Assembly (NCBI GenBank): GCA_963733195.1
Contig: CAVTCR010000028.1
Coordinates: 1-64,000 of the forward strand
Reading direction: 5' to 3'
Origin: an uncultured delta proteobacterium
Lineage (GTDB): Bacteria; Desulfobacterota; Binatia; Bin18
Length of the DNA: 64,000 nucleotides
Shown here: positions 52,417-62,551 of the stretch, piece by piece
How positions within the stretch are numbered: position 1 is the first letter of the stretch
How the letters are laid out: every line of letters starts with the position of its first letter
Position numbers and translations under genes: made by a program
The notes under the pieces: generated by a model
What the model saw: only the letters and a program-made list of their open reading frames with translations
Told to the model about the DNA's origin: nothing
Database searches by the model: none

Positions 52417-53514
52417 ATGAAAAAACGAGTATTGTTGTTTTCCCTGTGCGTTCTAGGATGGGCGTGGCAAACGCAGGCAGACGTCATCAATCGTGTTATC
52501 GCCACGGTTGATGATGACCCGATTACCCTCCATGAAGTAGAGGCCTTTCGTAAAGGCGGAAGTAACCAGCAAGGGATGATGATGCCACCACAGGAAAACC
52601 TCGCCAACATGGCCGACAAGGACATCCTGGAAATCCTCATCATGAACAAGCTGATTGGCAAGGAAGTCGAGTCCCAAGGGATGAAAGCCAAAGACTCCGA
52701 TATCGACAACTATATCGAACGCATTAAAACTCAAGGCAACCTCAGCGACGAAGCCCTCAAAGAAGCCCTCGCGAAGCAAGGGCTAACGGTAGAAGCCTAT
52801 CGTCAACAAATTAGTAACGAGATTGAACGTGCCATGCTCATTAACCGCGAGATTGGCTCAAAAGTGCATGTTACCCAACAAGAAGTGGAACGCTACTACC
52901 AAGAACAAGGCGGTGACAGTTCGTCGACTTCGGATGAGCAAGTACATGTGCGCCACATCTTCTTACCTCTCTCCCCTTCCGCATCTTCTGACGAAGAGAA
53001 ATCAGCACTTGAGCAAATGCAAGATATTCGCAAACGAGCATTGGGCGGAGAAGATTTTGCCGCGCTTGCCAACGCGCATTCTCGTGGGCCAGGGGCGGGT
53101 CAAGGCGGTGATCTGGGTTTTTTCAAAAAGGGACAGATGGTCAATGAGATTGATACTGTCGCGTTCTCTTTGAAAGCTGGCGAAATCAGCGAGCCCTTTC
53201 GCAATGAGGCTGGAGTGCATCTGATAAAAGTAGAAGAACGTATTGGTGCTGGGGAGAAGTCGACCACCATAGACCCAGAGACCGCAGAGCAAATTAGAGG
53301 CAAACTGTATAATGAAGCGCTCCGCGAGCGGTACGAGCGTTGGTTCCAGTCTGACCTACGGTTCCGTCATCAAGTCGAAAATATGCTGACTACTTCTTCA
53401 GGCGATTCTTCAAGTGCCATCCCACTCATATCCGCACGACAGAAAGAAGAAACTACTAGTGCTGCCAAAGAACCAGAGCAGAAGGGTTTTTTCCGAGGTT
53501 TGTTGCCGTTCTAG
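52417..53514 (+). CDS. surA: SurA-like peptidyl-prolyl isomerase chaperone
   Basis: Signal peptide, NRVIATVDDDPIT, parvulin motifs VRHIFL, GGDLGFF, GVHLIKV; precedes pdxA. Confidence 0.88.
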   Translation: MKKRVLLFSLCVLGWAWQTQADVINRVIATVDDDPITLHEVEAFRKGGSNQQGMMMPPQENLANMADKDILEILIMNKLIGKEVESQGMKAKDSDIDNYIERIKTQGNLSDEALKEALAKQGLTVEAYRQQISNEIERAMLINREIGSKVHVTQQEVERYYQEQGGDSSSTSDEQVHVRHIFLPLSPSASSDEEKSALEQMQDIRKRALGGEDFAALANAHSRGPGAGQGGDLGFFKKGQMVNEIDTVAFSLKAGEISEPFRNEAGVHLIKVEERIGAGEKSTTIDPETAEQIRGKLYNEALRERYERWFQSDLRFRHQVENMLTTSSGDSSSAIPLISARQKEETTSAAKEPEQKGFFRGLLPF

Positions 53515-53540
53515 TATCCCCATGTGATATATTCCATATG

Positions 53541-53566
53541 GAGGGGCGTATGGTTATACGCCCTAC
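53541..53566. repeat. GTAG-type REP hairpin
   Basis: GGGCGTAT-GGTT-ATACGCCC-TAC. Confidence 0.5.
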
Positions 53567-53618
53567 AGCAGACAGTTTTTGCTCACTCAACGGGGTGAAG
53601 TGAATGTGGTGATTCGTC

Positions 53619-54632
53619 ATGAGCCCTCTCATTGGCATAACTATGGGTGATCCTTCCGGTATTGGGCCGGAGGTCACACTTAAGGTGGCATTAAAGAAAC
53701 CGCCAAAGTGTCGTCTTGTCGTTCTGGGGGATCTAGGGGTACTTCAAGATACCGTGCGGCAGCTCGGGATTCGACTAACGCCGATTGCGTGGGCACCGCC
53801 GAATCCATATCCATGGGTTGCACGTACCCTACCTGTGATCGAGCTTTCTCACCTTGAGCCGGCACAGCGAAAACCTGGGCAGCCAACGTCGATGGGAGGA
53901 GATGCCTCCTACCGCTATGTTGAAGCGGCCGTCCTTCTTGCTCAGACGGACGTGCTGCAAGGCATTGTTACGGCGCCTATTAGCAAAGCGATGTGGCATA
54001 CGGCAGGACGTGACTATCCTGGTCACACCGAGTTATTAGCATCTCTGACGCACACGCCCGACGTCCGTATGATGCTCGTCGGCAGCCGATTACGCGTGAT
54101 CCTTGTGACCACCCATCTTGCGCTCTCACAGGTACCCACCGCACTGTCAAGTGAACGTATTCTTAAGACTATCCAAATAACGGCTGAGCATCTGGCACGT
54201 TTTCACGGGATCGCGCAGCCTCGCTTAGCTGTTGCTGGCCTCAATCCTCATGCTGGTGAGGCTGGTGCGTTCGGCGATGAAGAGGCACGCATCATCGCTC
54301 CGGCGATACAGCAGGCTCGAACGCTAGGGTTTGCTACAGAAGGCCCATTCCCTGCCGATACCGTTTTCGTCCGCGCCACACGTGGGGAATTTGACGGGGT
54401 AATTTGCTTGTATCACGATCAAGGATTGATTCCACTCAAACTGCTGTCATGGGAAGATGGCGTCAACGTCACTATCGGTTTGCCAATCGTTCGTACCTCG
54501 CCTGATCACGGGACGGCTTTTGATATTGCTGGCCAAGGGAGAGCCGATCCGCGAAGTATGCACGCCGCACTGACGTTAGCCGCACATATGACAAAACATC
54601 GGAGCACGCATGAATCCAGCTATCTTTCGTGA
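53619..54632 (+). CDS. pdxA: 4-hydroxythreonine-4-phosphate dehydrogenase
   Basis: MGDPSGIGPE, PGHTE, LNPHAGE, YHDQG, RTSPDHGTAFDIAG. Confidence 0.96.
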   Translation: MSPLIGITMGDPSGIGPEVTLKVALKKPPKCRLVVLGDLGVLQDTVRQLGIRLTPIAWAPPNPYPWVARTLPVIELSHLEPAQRKPGQPTSMGGDASYRYVEAAVLLAQTDVLQGIVTAPISKAMWHTAGRDYPGHTELLASLTHTPDVRMMLVGSRLRVILVTTHLALSQVPTALSSERILKTIQITAEHLARFHGIAQPRLAVAGLNPHAGEAGAFGDEEARIIAPAIQQARTLGFATEGPFPADTVFVRATRGEFDGVICLYHDQGLIPLKLLSWEDGVNVTIGLPIVRTSPDHGTAFDIAGQGRADPRSMHAALTLAAHMTKHRSTHESSYLS

Positions 54633-55968
54633 GTACGATATTCGCGGGATTGCCGAGAAAGATTTTAACGCTGACTTTGTAAAGACGCTCGGCCAGGCAT
54701 ACGGCACATATGCACGTGCCCAAGGCAAGCACCGCATCGCGGTTGGCCGTGACTGCCGCTTGACCTCAGACCCGTATGCTGCGGCATTGCGGCAGGGATT
54801 ACGTTCTACTGGGATCGATGTCGTCGATATCGGGACGTGTCCGACACCACTTATGTATTTTGCCCTGCACCACTATGATTTAGATGGTGGGATACAGGTC
54901 ACTGGTAGTCATAATCCCGGAGATCACAACGGTTTCAAAATCTGTATTGGCAAGATTACCATTCATGGCGAAGAAATTCAGGAACTGCGAAAGCTCATCG
55001 AGCACGGAAAATTCGTTGCCGGTCAAGGGAAAGAAGAGGCGGCTCCGATCATTCCCCCGTATCAAGAATTTGTCATCAAACAGTTTGGTCGTCTCGGCCG
55101 TAAGATTAACGTTGTGATTGACGCTGGCAACTCGACCGCTGGACCAGTTGCGCCACGCATTTTTCGTGAGCTTGGTTGCCAGGTTACCGAGTTGTTCTGC
55201 GAGTTAGACGGACGCTTTCCCAATCATCATCCAGATCCCACAGTACCGGAGAACCTCCAGCAGCTGATTGCCACGGTGAAAGAAACTGGCGCCGAAGTTG
55301 GAGTGGCCTACGATGGCGATGCTGACCGCCTCGGGTTGGTGGATCGTCACGGTCACATTATTTGGGGAGACGAGATGCTGGTGTTGTTTGCCCGCGATAT
55401 TCTTCAACAGCGGCCTGGAGCGACGATCGTGTCTGAAGTGAAATGTTCGCAACGCTTGTTTGATGACATTGCCCGGCACGGTGGAACGCCAATTATGTGG
55501 AAAGCTGGTCACTCATTGTTAAAAGCGAAAATGCGCGAAACTGGCGCGCTGCTTGGTGGCGAAATGAGCGGGCATATCTTCTTTGCCGATCGCTACTTTG
55601 GCTACGATGATGCGATTTATGCATCCTGCCGTGTCATGGAAATCCTTGCCAAGAGCAAGAAAGAAGTAACCGAACTCCTGGCTGATCTTCCCACCTCCTT
55701 CACCACACCAGAGATTCGTATGGATTGTCCTGATGACATTAAATTTCGCCTGGCCGAGAAAGTCTGCGAACGCTTCCGCGGCAAGTATGATGTCGTTGAC
55801 ATTGACGGAGTTCGCGTAAAGTTCTCCGAAGGCTGGGGCCTCGTGCGTGCGTCGAACACACAACCTGTGCTGGTCCTCCGCTTTGAAGCGAAAACGCAGG
55901 AAAAGCTAACGGAATACCAGACGCTAATGGAAAGTGTCGTAGAGGAAGTGAAGCGGAATTTGCGGTAA
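54610..55968 (+). CDS. Phosphomannomutase/phosphoglucomutase (AlgC-like)
   Basis: FREYDIRG, TGSHNP, DGDADR, GEMSGH, RASNTQP. Confidence 0.95.
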   Translation: MNPAIFREYDIRGIAEKDFNADFVKTLGQAYGTYARAQGKHRIAVGRDCRLTSDPYAAALRQGLRSTGIDVVDIGTCPTPLMYFALHHYDLDGGIQVTGSHNPGDHNGFKICIGKITIHGEEIQELRKLIEHGKFVAGQGKEEAAPIIPPYQEFVIKQFGRLGRKINVVIDAGNSTAGPVAPRIFRELGCQVTELFCELDGRFPNHHPDPTVPENLQQLIATVKETGAEVGVAYDGDADRLGLVDRHGHIIWGDEMLVLFARDILQQRPGATIVSEVKCSQRLFDDIARHGGTPIMWKAGHSLLKAKMRETGALLGGEMSGHIFFADRYFGYDDAIYASCRVMEILAKSKKEVTELLADLPTSFTTPEIRMDCPDDIKFRLAEKVCERFRGKYDVVDIDGVRVKFSEGWGLVRASNTQPVLVLRFEAKTQEKLTEYQTLMESVVEEVKRNLR

Positions 55969-56019
55969 GTAAGGGCGCTGTAATCTTTTCTCCCCCGTAG
56001 TCTTCTCCACAAGTCTCCT

Positions 56020-56323
56020 CGCTGGGAGGCCCGTCTGCGGTCGAGCAGAACGAGCCTGTTTGGTCTTCTGATGACGGACTTGGGTTAACCATTGCTCCAC
56101 AATACTGCGCGCCAACGTAATATGACCGACTCTCTTTTCTTTGCCACCGCGCGTAATGTCTCTACGTCCTCTTTCGTCAATCGTAAGGCGAGCTGTTCGG
56201 TTGCGTCGGCTGGATCACGACATCGAGTCTCTCGCCACCGAATTCTTCCACGCTATGCCGATTCCAGAATGCCCGCTCTTCCTGATCGTGTAAGGTGGGA
56301 ATTTTCGTTTTCTTACTTGCCAT
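56020..56323 (-). CDS. CopG/BrnA-like antitoxin-family protein (frameshifted; end approximate)
   Basis: Manual translation: MASKKTKIPTLHDQEERAFWNRHSVEEF...EQLALRLTKEDVETLRAVAKKR..VGHITLARSIVEQWL; RBS AAGGAG. Confidence 0.65.
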
Positions 56324-56351
56324 TATCGGTCTCCTTTACTGCGCCGGCCGT

Positions 56352-58159
56352 GTTTCAATTCGTCCTACGGAGTGTGAGGTGGCGTTTCACCAGGTCTCTG
56401 TGCAACGCATTTGGCACGAAAATGCGTTTCAATCTCCTACGGAATTAGAGGTTCGTTTCGTCTACACGATCATTCACCGCATGACTGTCGTGCAGAACTG
56501 AGTTTCAATCTCCTAGGGAGTGTAGTCGTTGTTCGAGCACCGTGAAAGACCTCCGAGAGACCTACGAAGCGCGAGCCAGTTTCAATCTCCTACGGAGTGT
56601 GAGGTTCGTTTCGTCCTCGTGTCCTGAGCGGTACGTATAAGGGTACTGTAGGTTTGGTTTCAATCTCCTACGGAGTGTGAGGTTCGTTTCGTCAAGGGAC
56701 GCGGGGCGCTCTTTGCTCAGGTCAGTAGCAGAGTTTCAATCTCCTACGGAGTTACTAGAGCGATCCGTTTTGATTTGTGTATTATGATCGCTCAGAGAGG
56801 GAGGCGATCAGATTCAGGAGTTTGATGAGATCATTAACGAGGATCTAGACCGCGGGAAGTGCAACGCGAGGTGAGTGTAAAGATGGGGGCGCAAGAGCAC
56901 ATTGCGGCAAGAGTTGCCAGGTTCTAATTCTCGCTGGAGTAAGTGAGCAAGTGGAAACGCCAGAATGAAGCGGGAGGTGGGTCGTTTCTCCGACTGGGCC
57001 ATCGAGGGAGCTAAAGCAATTTACGGAGAGAGGCGCGTCACGAGATTCTGCGGTGGATCGGCAGTCTCAAGACGTGAGTGTGGAAGCCGTTCGTGATTTG
57101 TCGAAGAGCAGTATGGGGTCGTGTTTTATCCAACCAGTCATTCTACGACTGATTGGAGGTGGGTGGCATGGGTTATCTCCGGAGTGAGAAGAAGAATCCC
57201 ATACGGGATGAGGCCCAGATATTGGCGCGACGGAGGAGATTAGAAACGACGGAAACGCTTTGCGAGGCGATAGAGCTGGAAGAGGTGATCATCCTGCTGG
57301 AAGACGAGTGTGAGTTCGTTTCTGTCCATGTGTGTGACATCGTCTGAGCTAAGCGCAACACTCCGATTGAGGACCCGATCACGAACGAGCGAGAACCCAA
57401 TCCTACTAAGGCCCGATTAATCTCGATGACCCAAGCGGTACATCTCCAAGAGCGGACGGTGGGGGATTCGACCAGTACAGTGGCCCATCTCCGTTGGTGT
57501 TAGAAACTGTATCCGGACAAGCGGTTCCTCGTGTTGTGGGATGGAGCAAGTTATCATCACGGGTCAGAGATGCAAACCTTCCTGGCATAGGAATGCCGTT
57601 TAGCGAAGCGGACTGGAGAGTGACCTGTCTCAGTTTGCGCCGAAGCCCCAGAGCAAAATCCCAACGAGACTTGTGGTTGAAAGGGAAGACCTATCTCAGC
57701 AAACAGTTTACGGTAGTGAGAGGTTCGCGACGGCTAAACACCGCTTCGCTACGTTTCTCCGCACCTTAGCTGTGAGTCGATCAAATGCAGATGTTATTGG
57801 CGCGATCTACAAATGAGTGTAGGAGGCGTTTAGTCGTTTTGGCAGCACTAAGGCTGTACATTGGGTCAGTATCTCCCGAGGACCCGGTTTCAATCTCCTA
57901 CGGAGTGTGACTGGTTCGTTTCGTCTGCCGGCATGCGCTAGGGTGGCGGCCCGCTTCGCGAAGTTTCAATCTCCTACGGAGTGTGACGGTTCGTTTCGTC
58001 AAAGACTATTGGCGGGCGAGCAAAGCACGGCGATCTACTCAAGAGTTTCAATCTCCTACGGAGTGTAAGGTTCGTTTCGTCGGCGGACAACGGCGACCTC
58101 TGTAACAGAATCGTAACGACTGTTTCAATCTCCTACGGAGTGTGATGGTTCGTTTCGTC
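56352..58159 (-). CRISPR. CRISPR array, 10 repeats / 9 spacers, repeat ~37 bp
   Basis: Plus-strand consensus GTTTCAATCTCCTACGGAGTGTGAGGTTCGTTTCGTC at 56352, 56426, 56502, 56579, 56657, 56733 (split), 57887, 57963, 58045 and 58122. Minus strand ends ATTGAAAC. Spacers ~34-44 bp; degenerate repeat at the left end. Confidence 0.96.
56753..57832 (+). mobile_element. IS630-family element inside a CRISPR repeat (very error-rich)
   Basis: Fragments ILLEDEC, FLVLWDGASYH, DWRVTCL, APEQNP, LWLKGKTYL. The repeat stops at 56752 and a degenerate remainder resumes near 57831. Confidence 0.78.
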
Positions 58160-58360
58160 AGTTGGTACCATTTCTTTTGTAAAATTGCCAGCTTACCCTA
58201 TTGTTTGCGCGGACCGAGCAACAACGAACGGTTTTCCTCTCTTTCTTCTTCGTCGTTCTTCTTCTGCTCATGATTCTTATCTCCTTGCTTCATCAAGTGT
58301 TTCTCGCGAGCGCGCATCTCCCTAGGGTTTGGCCCACAGCTTCGATCCGCGCTAGGCTGA
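58160..58360 (-). promoter_or_regulatory. CRISPR leader
   Basis: Non-coding stretch between cas2 and the first repeat; AT-rich near the repeat. Confidence 0.7.
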
Positions 58361-58636
58361 TCAAACAACAATCGCTCCTTCCTCTCGCGGCTTCTCTCCG
58401 CCAATGCGCTCGACTTGGCGCTTGCAACTCTCACACAAAAAGTAGAAGCGGATGCTGTCGTCTTGCTTGGCATCAATCAAGTGATCCAGACGGTCGCGAA
58501 GTTTCAGGAAGTGCATTTTGTCCAGGTCACACTCGAAGACGCTATACTGCATCCACTGCCCAAAGTTCTTCAGTGCCTTGAAGATGCGGTTCCGACGTTT
58601 GTCATCCTTAATGTCGTACGAAATCACTATGAACAT
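58361..58636 (-). CDS. cas2: CRISPR-associated endonuclease Cas2
   Basis: VISYDIKDDKRR...QYSVFEC...DSIRFY. Confidence 0.96.
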   Translation of the reverse strand: MFIVISYDIKDDKRRNRIFKALKNFGQWMQYSVFECDLDKMHFLKLRDRLDHLIDAKQDDSIRFYFLCESCKRQVERIGGEKPREEGAIVV

Positions 58637-58663
58637 GGCTCACTCACTGCTGAGAATCCGTGT

Positions 58664-58865
58664 CTAGACACGGATCTTTCGCGAAGCGGGAACCCCAAGA
58701 TCCCGGCAAATCTTCACGGCCAGCCAATCTTTGAGCTTCAGGTGTCTGGGGACCGTTGATGGTCTTATTCGTAGTCCCGATGATACCACACTAATGTTTT
58801 TCTCCTTCGCGAAACAAGCGACATCCGTCGCTCGTGCAGATACTGAGAAATTCTCGGCGTTTCAT
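58664..58865 (-). CDS. hicA: HicA-family toxin (frameshifted as assembled)
   Basis: Manual translation: MKRREFL...GCRLFREGEKH...STVPRH...LAVKICRDLGVP. Confidence 0.72.
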
Positions 58866-58869
58866 GCAT

Positions 58870-60790
58870 CGTGGCGCTGATAATTCAATTGTAAGGGGTC
58901 TCTTTACGTAATTTCACGCGAGCCTGGCTCTTTTCGGAAGAGTACGATTAGCTTCGAGCACCAGGACCAACGCTTCCTTTAAATTCTCCCGCGCTTCTTT
59001 CAGATGTCTTTCCTTGTGTGTTGGCTCCGGGCACCTCTTCTACGTAGTGGTCACTAATTTATTCCCTGCTTATTTTTCAGCAAGTTGAGGGACTTGAGAT
59101 GAAGCAATCGGCGGAATTTTTGGGCGCGCATAGTCAGGCGCCCGTGACGGATGCGGCGGACCGTGGCCGCGTTGTGGGCCATGACGGCCATCGTGAGTTG
59201 CACACAGGCGCCGTGCCAGCCTTTGTAACGCAGCTGCCCGGCGCCCCGACTCAGCAAGCTGGCGATGATACTTTCGACCACCGGACGGCTGGAGCCGGCC
59301 GCGCAAGCCAGCTGCACTTGGCGGGGAGTGCGTTTGTGATGCAAGTCGGCGGTGGTGAGCATCTCGGGGATGGCTGCGGGAGACGGAGTGGGCAAGAGGG
59401 GCTCGACCGAGCGTGGGATACCGACGGTGAGAATACCGCGGGTGTGCAGACTGCTCCGCAGGGTGGGGTCGTTTACGGCCAGATCCCCGGCCAGCGAGTG
59501 GATACTGAGGAGTAGCCCGCGTGGGGACACGCGTACAGGCGGTCTGGACCAGGTCGACCAAGGGCAAGACGTAGCTGATATCACTGGGATTGCCCACGGG
59601 CAGCCGGGCCGCAAACACAAAGCCGGTGGCGGGCTCGGCGAGAAGACCGGGCTTGCGGCCAAACTGGGTGGGGCAGTTACTCTTGCCTTTGCAGATCGGG
59701 GCAATGGTGGCATGGTAGGCATAGGCAATTTTACAGGGCGTCAGGGGTTTGCCGTGGGTGAGGCGTCGGGATTGGGTCACGATTTGGTGATGGGTGGAGG
59801 AGGGCGCGTGTCAGTGTAGTGTCCCAGCGTGTCCGTTGGTCTGGGTCAACTCGGGGGCGCTTTGGACGTGCGCTTGGGCAGTGTGTGCCAACGCCACCAC
59901 CGGCTCGCCCGTCGTCAACAGCTGGGTTTGGTCTGGCGTACCAACCTCACAAAGACTTTCCCTTGTCCCCGGCATTGCCGCCCAAAGCGGCGCATAATCT
60001 TGGCCAGCTCCTGGAGCTGGTGCTGGGCCTGCGTCTTCAAGGTCGTGCCCTGGGTGGTACATTGCGCCGCGATCTGCGTGATGAGTTGGAGGACTTTTTT
60101 TTCGCCTTGTACAGGGTGGCGGCATCATTGACCCGTTGGCTGCCCTGTTCGCTGGGGAAGGTATCCACGACCACGTGCGCTGGACTCACCGCGCCTTCCT
60201 CCATCGCCGCTGCGGCCTGGAGAGCCAACAACTTCTGGAGCAACGCTTCATCCAAACGACTGCGAAACTGGGTGAAGAGTTCCGGTAACACGAAGTGCGC
60301 TTGGGTACGGTTGACTTGGACCTCAGAAATCCCGCAGGCATACATCACCGCCAAGTCAGTCCGCAGCTGGCTACAGATTTGTTCATCCGAACAAGGCAGT
60401 TCATGCTTGAGTAATTCCAGCGCCAACACCACCCGCGTCGCCACCGGGGCGCGTCCACGAGCGGTAGGAGTCGGAAACCGTCGGGCGAAGTTCCGCTCTA
60501 CGGCAGCGACCAGCGCCGTCCAGGGAAACGTGTCGGCCCATTGCCGTACCGGATGGCTCTCCGGCACGAAGTCAGCCACGCGCAGCAGGCGGCCTGTTCC
60601 GGTTAACCAATGCTGGAGATAGCGTAATAGACGCATAGGCAGGGCTCCGTCGCTTGAGATAGACGAAGCATGCGACGCGGACGCTCAATTGACAACCCTG
60701 TGAAAGAGTCTGGAATAAATTAGTAGTCACTACATAGGCGACGTACCATCCTCCTCGCTTTTCAAATACTGCGGTAAATTCACCTTTCAT
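58870..60790 (-). pseudogene. hicB: HicB-family antitoxin interrupted by IS5
   Basis: MKGEFTAVFEKRGGWYVAYV | IS | EEVPGANTQGK..KEARENLKEALVLVLEANR. Confidence 0.85.
59047..60730 (-). mobile_element. IS5-family insertion sequence (transposase 59054-60636, frameshifted)
   Basis: Terminal IRs GTGGTCACTAATTTATTCC / GTGACTACTAATTTATTCC; TAYGTA-type target repeat; DUF772-like N-terminus, VVVDT, ICKGKSNCPTQFGRK. Confidence 0.88.
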
Positions 60791-60823
60791 AATATATTTG
60801 CCCCTATTGCTGTTAGGAGAGAG

Positions 60824-61825
60824 TCACCGTACCACAAACGGTTCATACCGTTCGAGTTCGCCTTGAATGGTCTTTGCCAGAATACGAGCCTGCAACTCGA
60901 AGCAGCGTTGATAGGTTGCCTTGTACTCGAAGATCGGGTGCTGAATCTCGGTCTGTTTGCGTTCTTCATATTGCACAAGAAACTTCTTGCGTCCCTCGGG
61001 CGAGAGATTGTGTACCTCTCCTAAGCCCACCGCGAAGTCCTCTCGTTGGAGAATGCGCTTGTTGAGACAACTGAGGACTACGGCGTCTACGACGAGTGGG
61101 CGAAACTCTTCCATCAAGTCCAGTGCTAGCGAGGGCCGCCCATAGCGATCAGCGTGCAGGTAGCCACAGTAGGGATCAAAACCCAGAACATTGACTGCGG
61201 CGTGTACATCATTTGCCAACAGTGCATAGCCAAAGCTGAGCAACGCATTGATTGGATCAGTCGGTGGTCGCCGAACGCGCTTGGTAAACGAGAAACCATC
61301 AGCCTTGATCAGGTGGTCAAAGACACCAAAGTAGGCTGCCGATCCTTCGCCCTCATGCCCACGCAGCACGTCAAGCTCGTCCGCTCGCTCTGCCCGCTGT
61401 TCAGCGCCGCGAATGGCCTCAATAGCATTATCAACGTTGAGCCCATCACTGTTACGTGCCGCCCGCAGTAACGTGACCCGCAGGTTGGCAAGTTTGCCCA
61501 AGACAAACCCTCGCGCCAGCGTGAGGGTGCGATGTTCGTCGAATGACGCAGCGTATTGCGCCCGCCGTAACAGAGAGTTTTTCGAGAACGCCGGTTCGAT
61601 GCGGCCAATGTAACGACCATATTCGGTGAGGTACGTGAGGTGAACATTACGTTCCATCAAAGCCGCTACTGTATGTGGCGTGACCGTGACACGGCCCATA
61701 ACGACGACTTGCGAGACCTTGAGCATGGGCAGATCGAGCAGTGTTTCCCCTTTCAGGGTCACTCGGAGGCGTTCATCTTCTTTGCGAAGGACAGAGTCTT
61801 GTTGAGTGAGATAGAGTGTTGACAT
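60824..61825 (-). CDS. cas1: CRISPR-associated endonuclease Cas1 (resembles subtype I-D)
   Basis: GHEGEGSAAYF, RRPPTDPINALLSFGY, YLH, LALDLMEEFRP. Confidence 0.96.
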   Translation of the reverse strand: MSTLYLTQQDSVLRKEDERLRVTLKGETLLDLPMLKVSQVVVMGRVTVTPHTVAALMERNVHLTYLTEYGRYIGRIEPAFSKNSLLRRAQYAASFDEHRTLTLARGFVLGKLANLRVTLLRAARNSDGLNVDNAIEAIRGAEQRAERADELDVLRGHEGEGSAAYFGVFDHLIKADGFSFTKRVRRPPTDPINALLSFGYALLANDVHAAVNVLGFDPYCGYLHADRYGRPSLALDLMEEFRPLVVDAVVLSCLNKRILQREDFAVGLGEVHNLSPEGRKKFLVQYEERKQTEIQHPIFEYKATYQRCFELQARILAKTIQGELERYEPFVVR

Positions 61826-61834
61826 GGGAAAACC

Positions 61835-62551
61835 AGGATTTAGGATTTGGGCTCTAGGCTTTGGGTTTTAGGTTTCAGTAGCGTGCGCTGTGCGCACGAT
61901 TTTCGTCCAATCTTTTCTTCTTTTTCAAGTAATTCGTTCACCGCGAAGTTGTGCGGATTCTTTCGGTAAGCAGATGTCGTATAGGCTGCACCCCTTGCAT
62001 CGTGGTGTATATGGATTCGGTGGCCGCGTGCCGGATTCGATCAATTGTCGTACCGCAGCGATCGTGGCCATCGTTTGCTGCCGCAGTTCTGGGGTGAACT
62101 GGACTTCTTGCCGTCGCCCGGTCGCTGCATAGTAGAGGTACCCTTTGTTGACCTCCCTCCCGGTCATTTCTTCCAGGCACAGCGCTTGTGCGCAGAGTTG
62201 CAAGGCATCGTTGATCCAGTTCCGCGACGACCCTTTTTATGTTCGATCGGGTACAGCTCTCCATCTCGTTCTTCGATCACGTCGGCTTTACCACATACAC
62301 CAAGTGTTCGTGCGTACAAATACACACTCGGGTTTGTATTGCTCCATCACGCGTACTGCTCTCGCCGGAGTTGGCGCGGGCATGCTGAAGCGTCCCTTCG
62401 ACCGTGTGCTCATTCTCGACAAAGACGTTCTCGACAAAGATGTAGTAGCATCGCCGCGGGCAATAATCGTACTGATTCAGCGCTGAAAGAAAAACAAATT
62501 CTTCCATTTTCTTTCTTTACTCTGGAGCCTAAAGCCCAAATCCTAAATCCT
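61835..62551. repeat. 26-bp inverted repeats flanking cas4
   Basis: 61835-61860 AGGATTTAGGATTTGGGCTCTAGGCT matches the reverse complement of 62526-62551 at 25/26. Confidence 0.8.
61925..62507 (-). CDS. cas4: CRISPR-associated protein Cas4 (frameshifted)
   Basis: LNQYDYCPRR, PIEHKKG, QLCAQALCLEEM, CKGCSLYDIC. Confidence 0.92.

Noticed and set aside
56352-58159. Variable repeat centres as real repeat diversity; spacers targeting the resident elements
   Set aside because: The variation looks like local read error. I saw no spacer match by eye, but this needs BLAST.
58198-58581. ORFs over the CRISPR leader, and the many antisense ORFs in the track
   Set aside because: Shadows of real genes or of low-complexity leader sequence; no motifs.
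912-62507. Frameshifts in BVMO, alpha-2-macroglobulin, accB, integrase and cas4 as pseudogenes or programmed frameshifts
   Set aside because: They also hit essential accB and are scattered through the window; sequencing indels are the simpler explanation.
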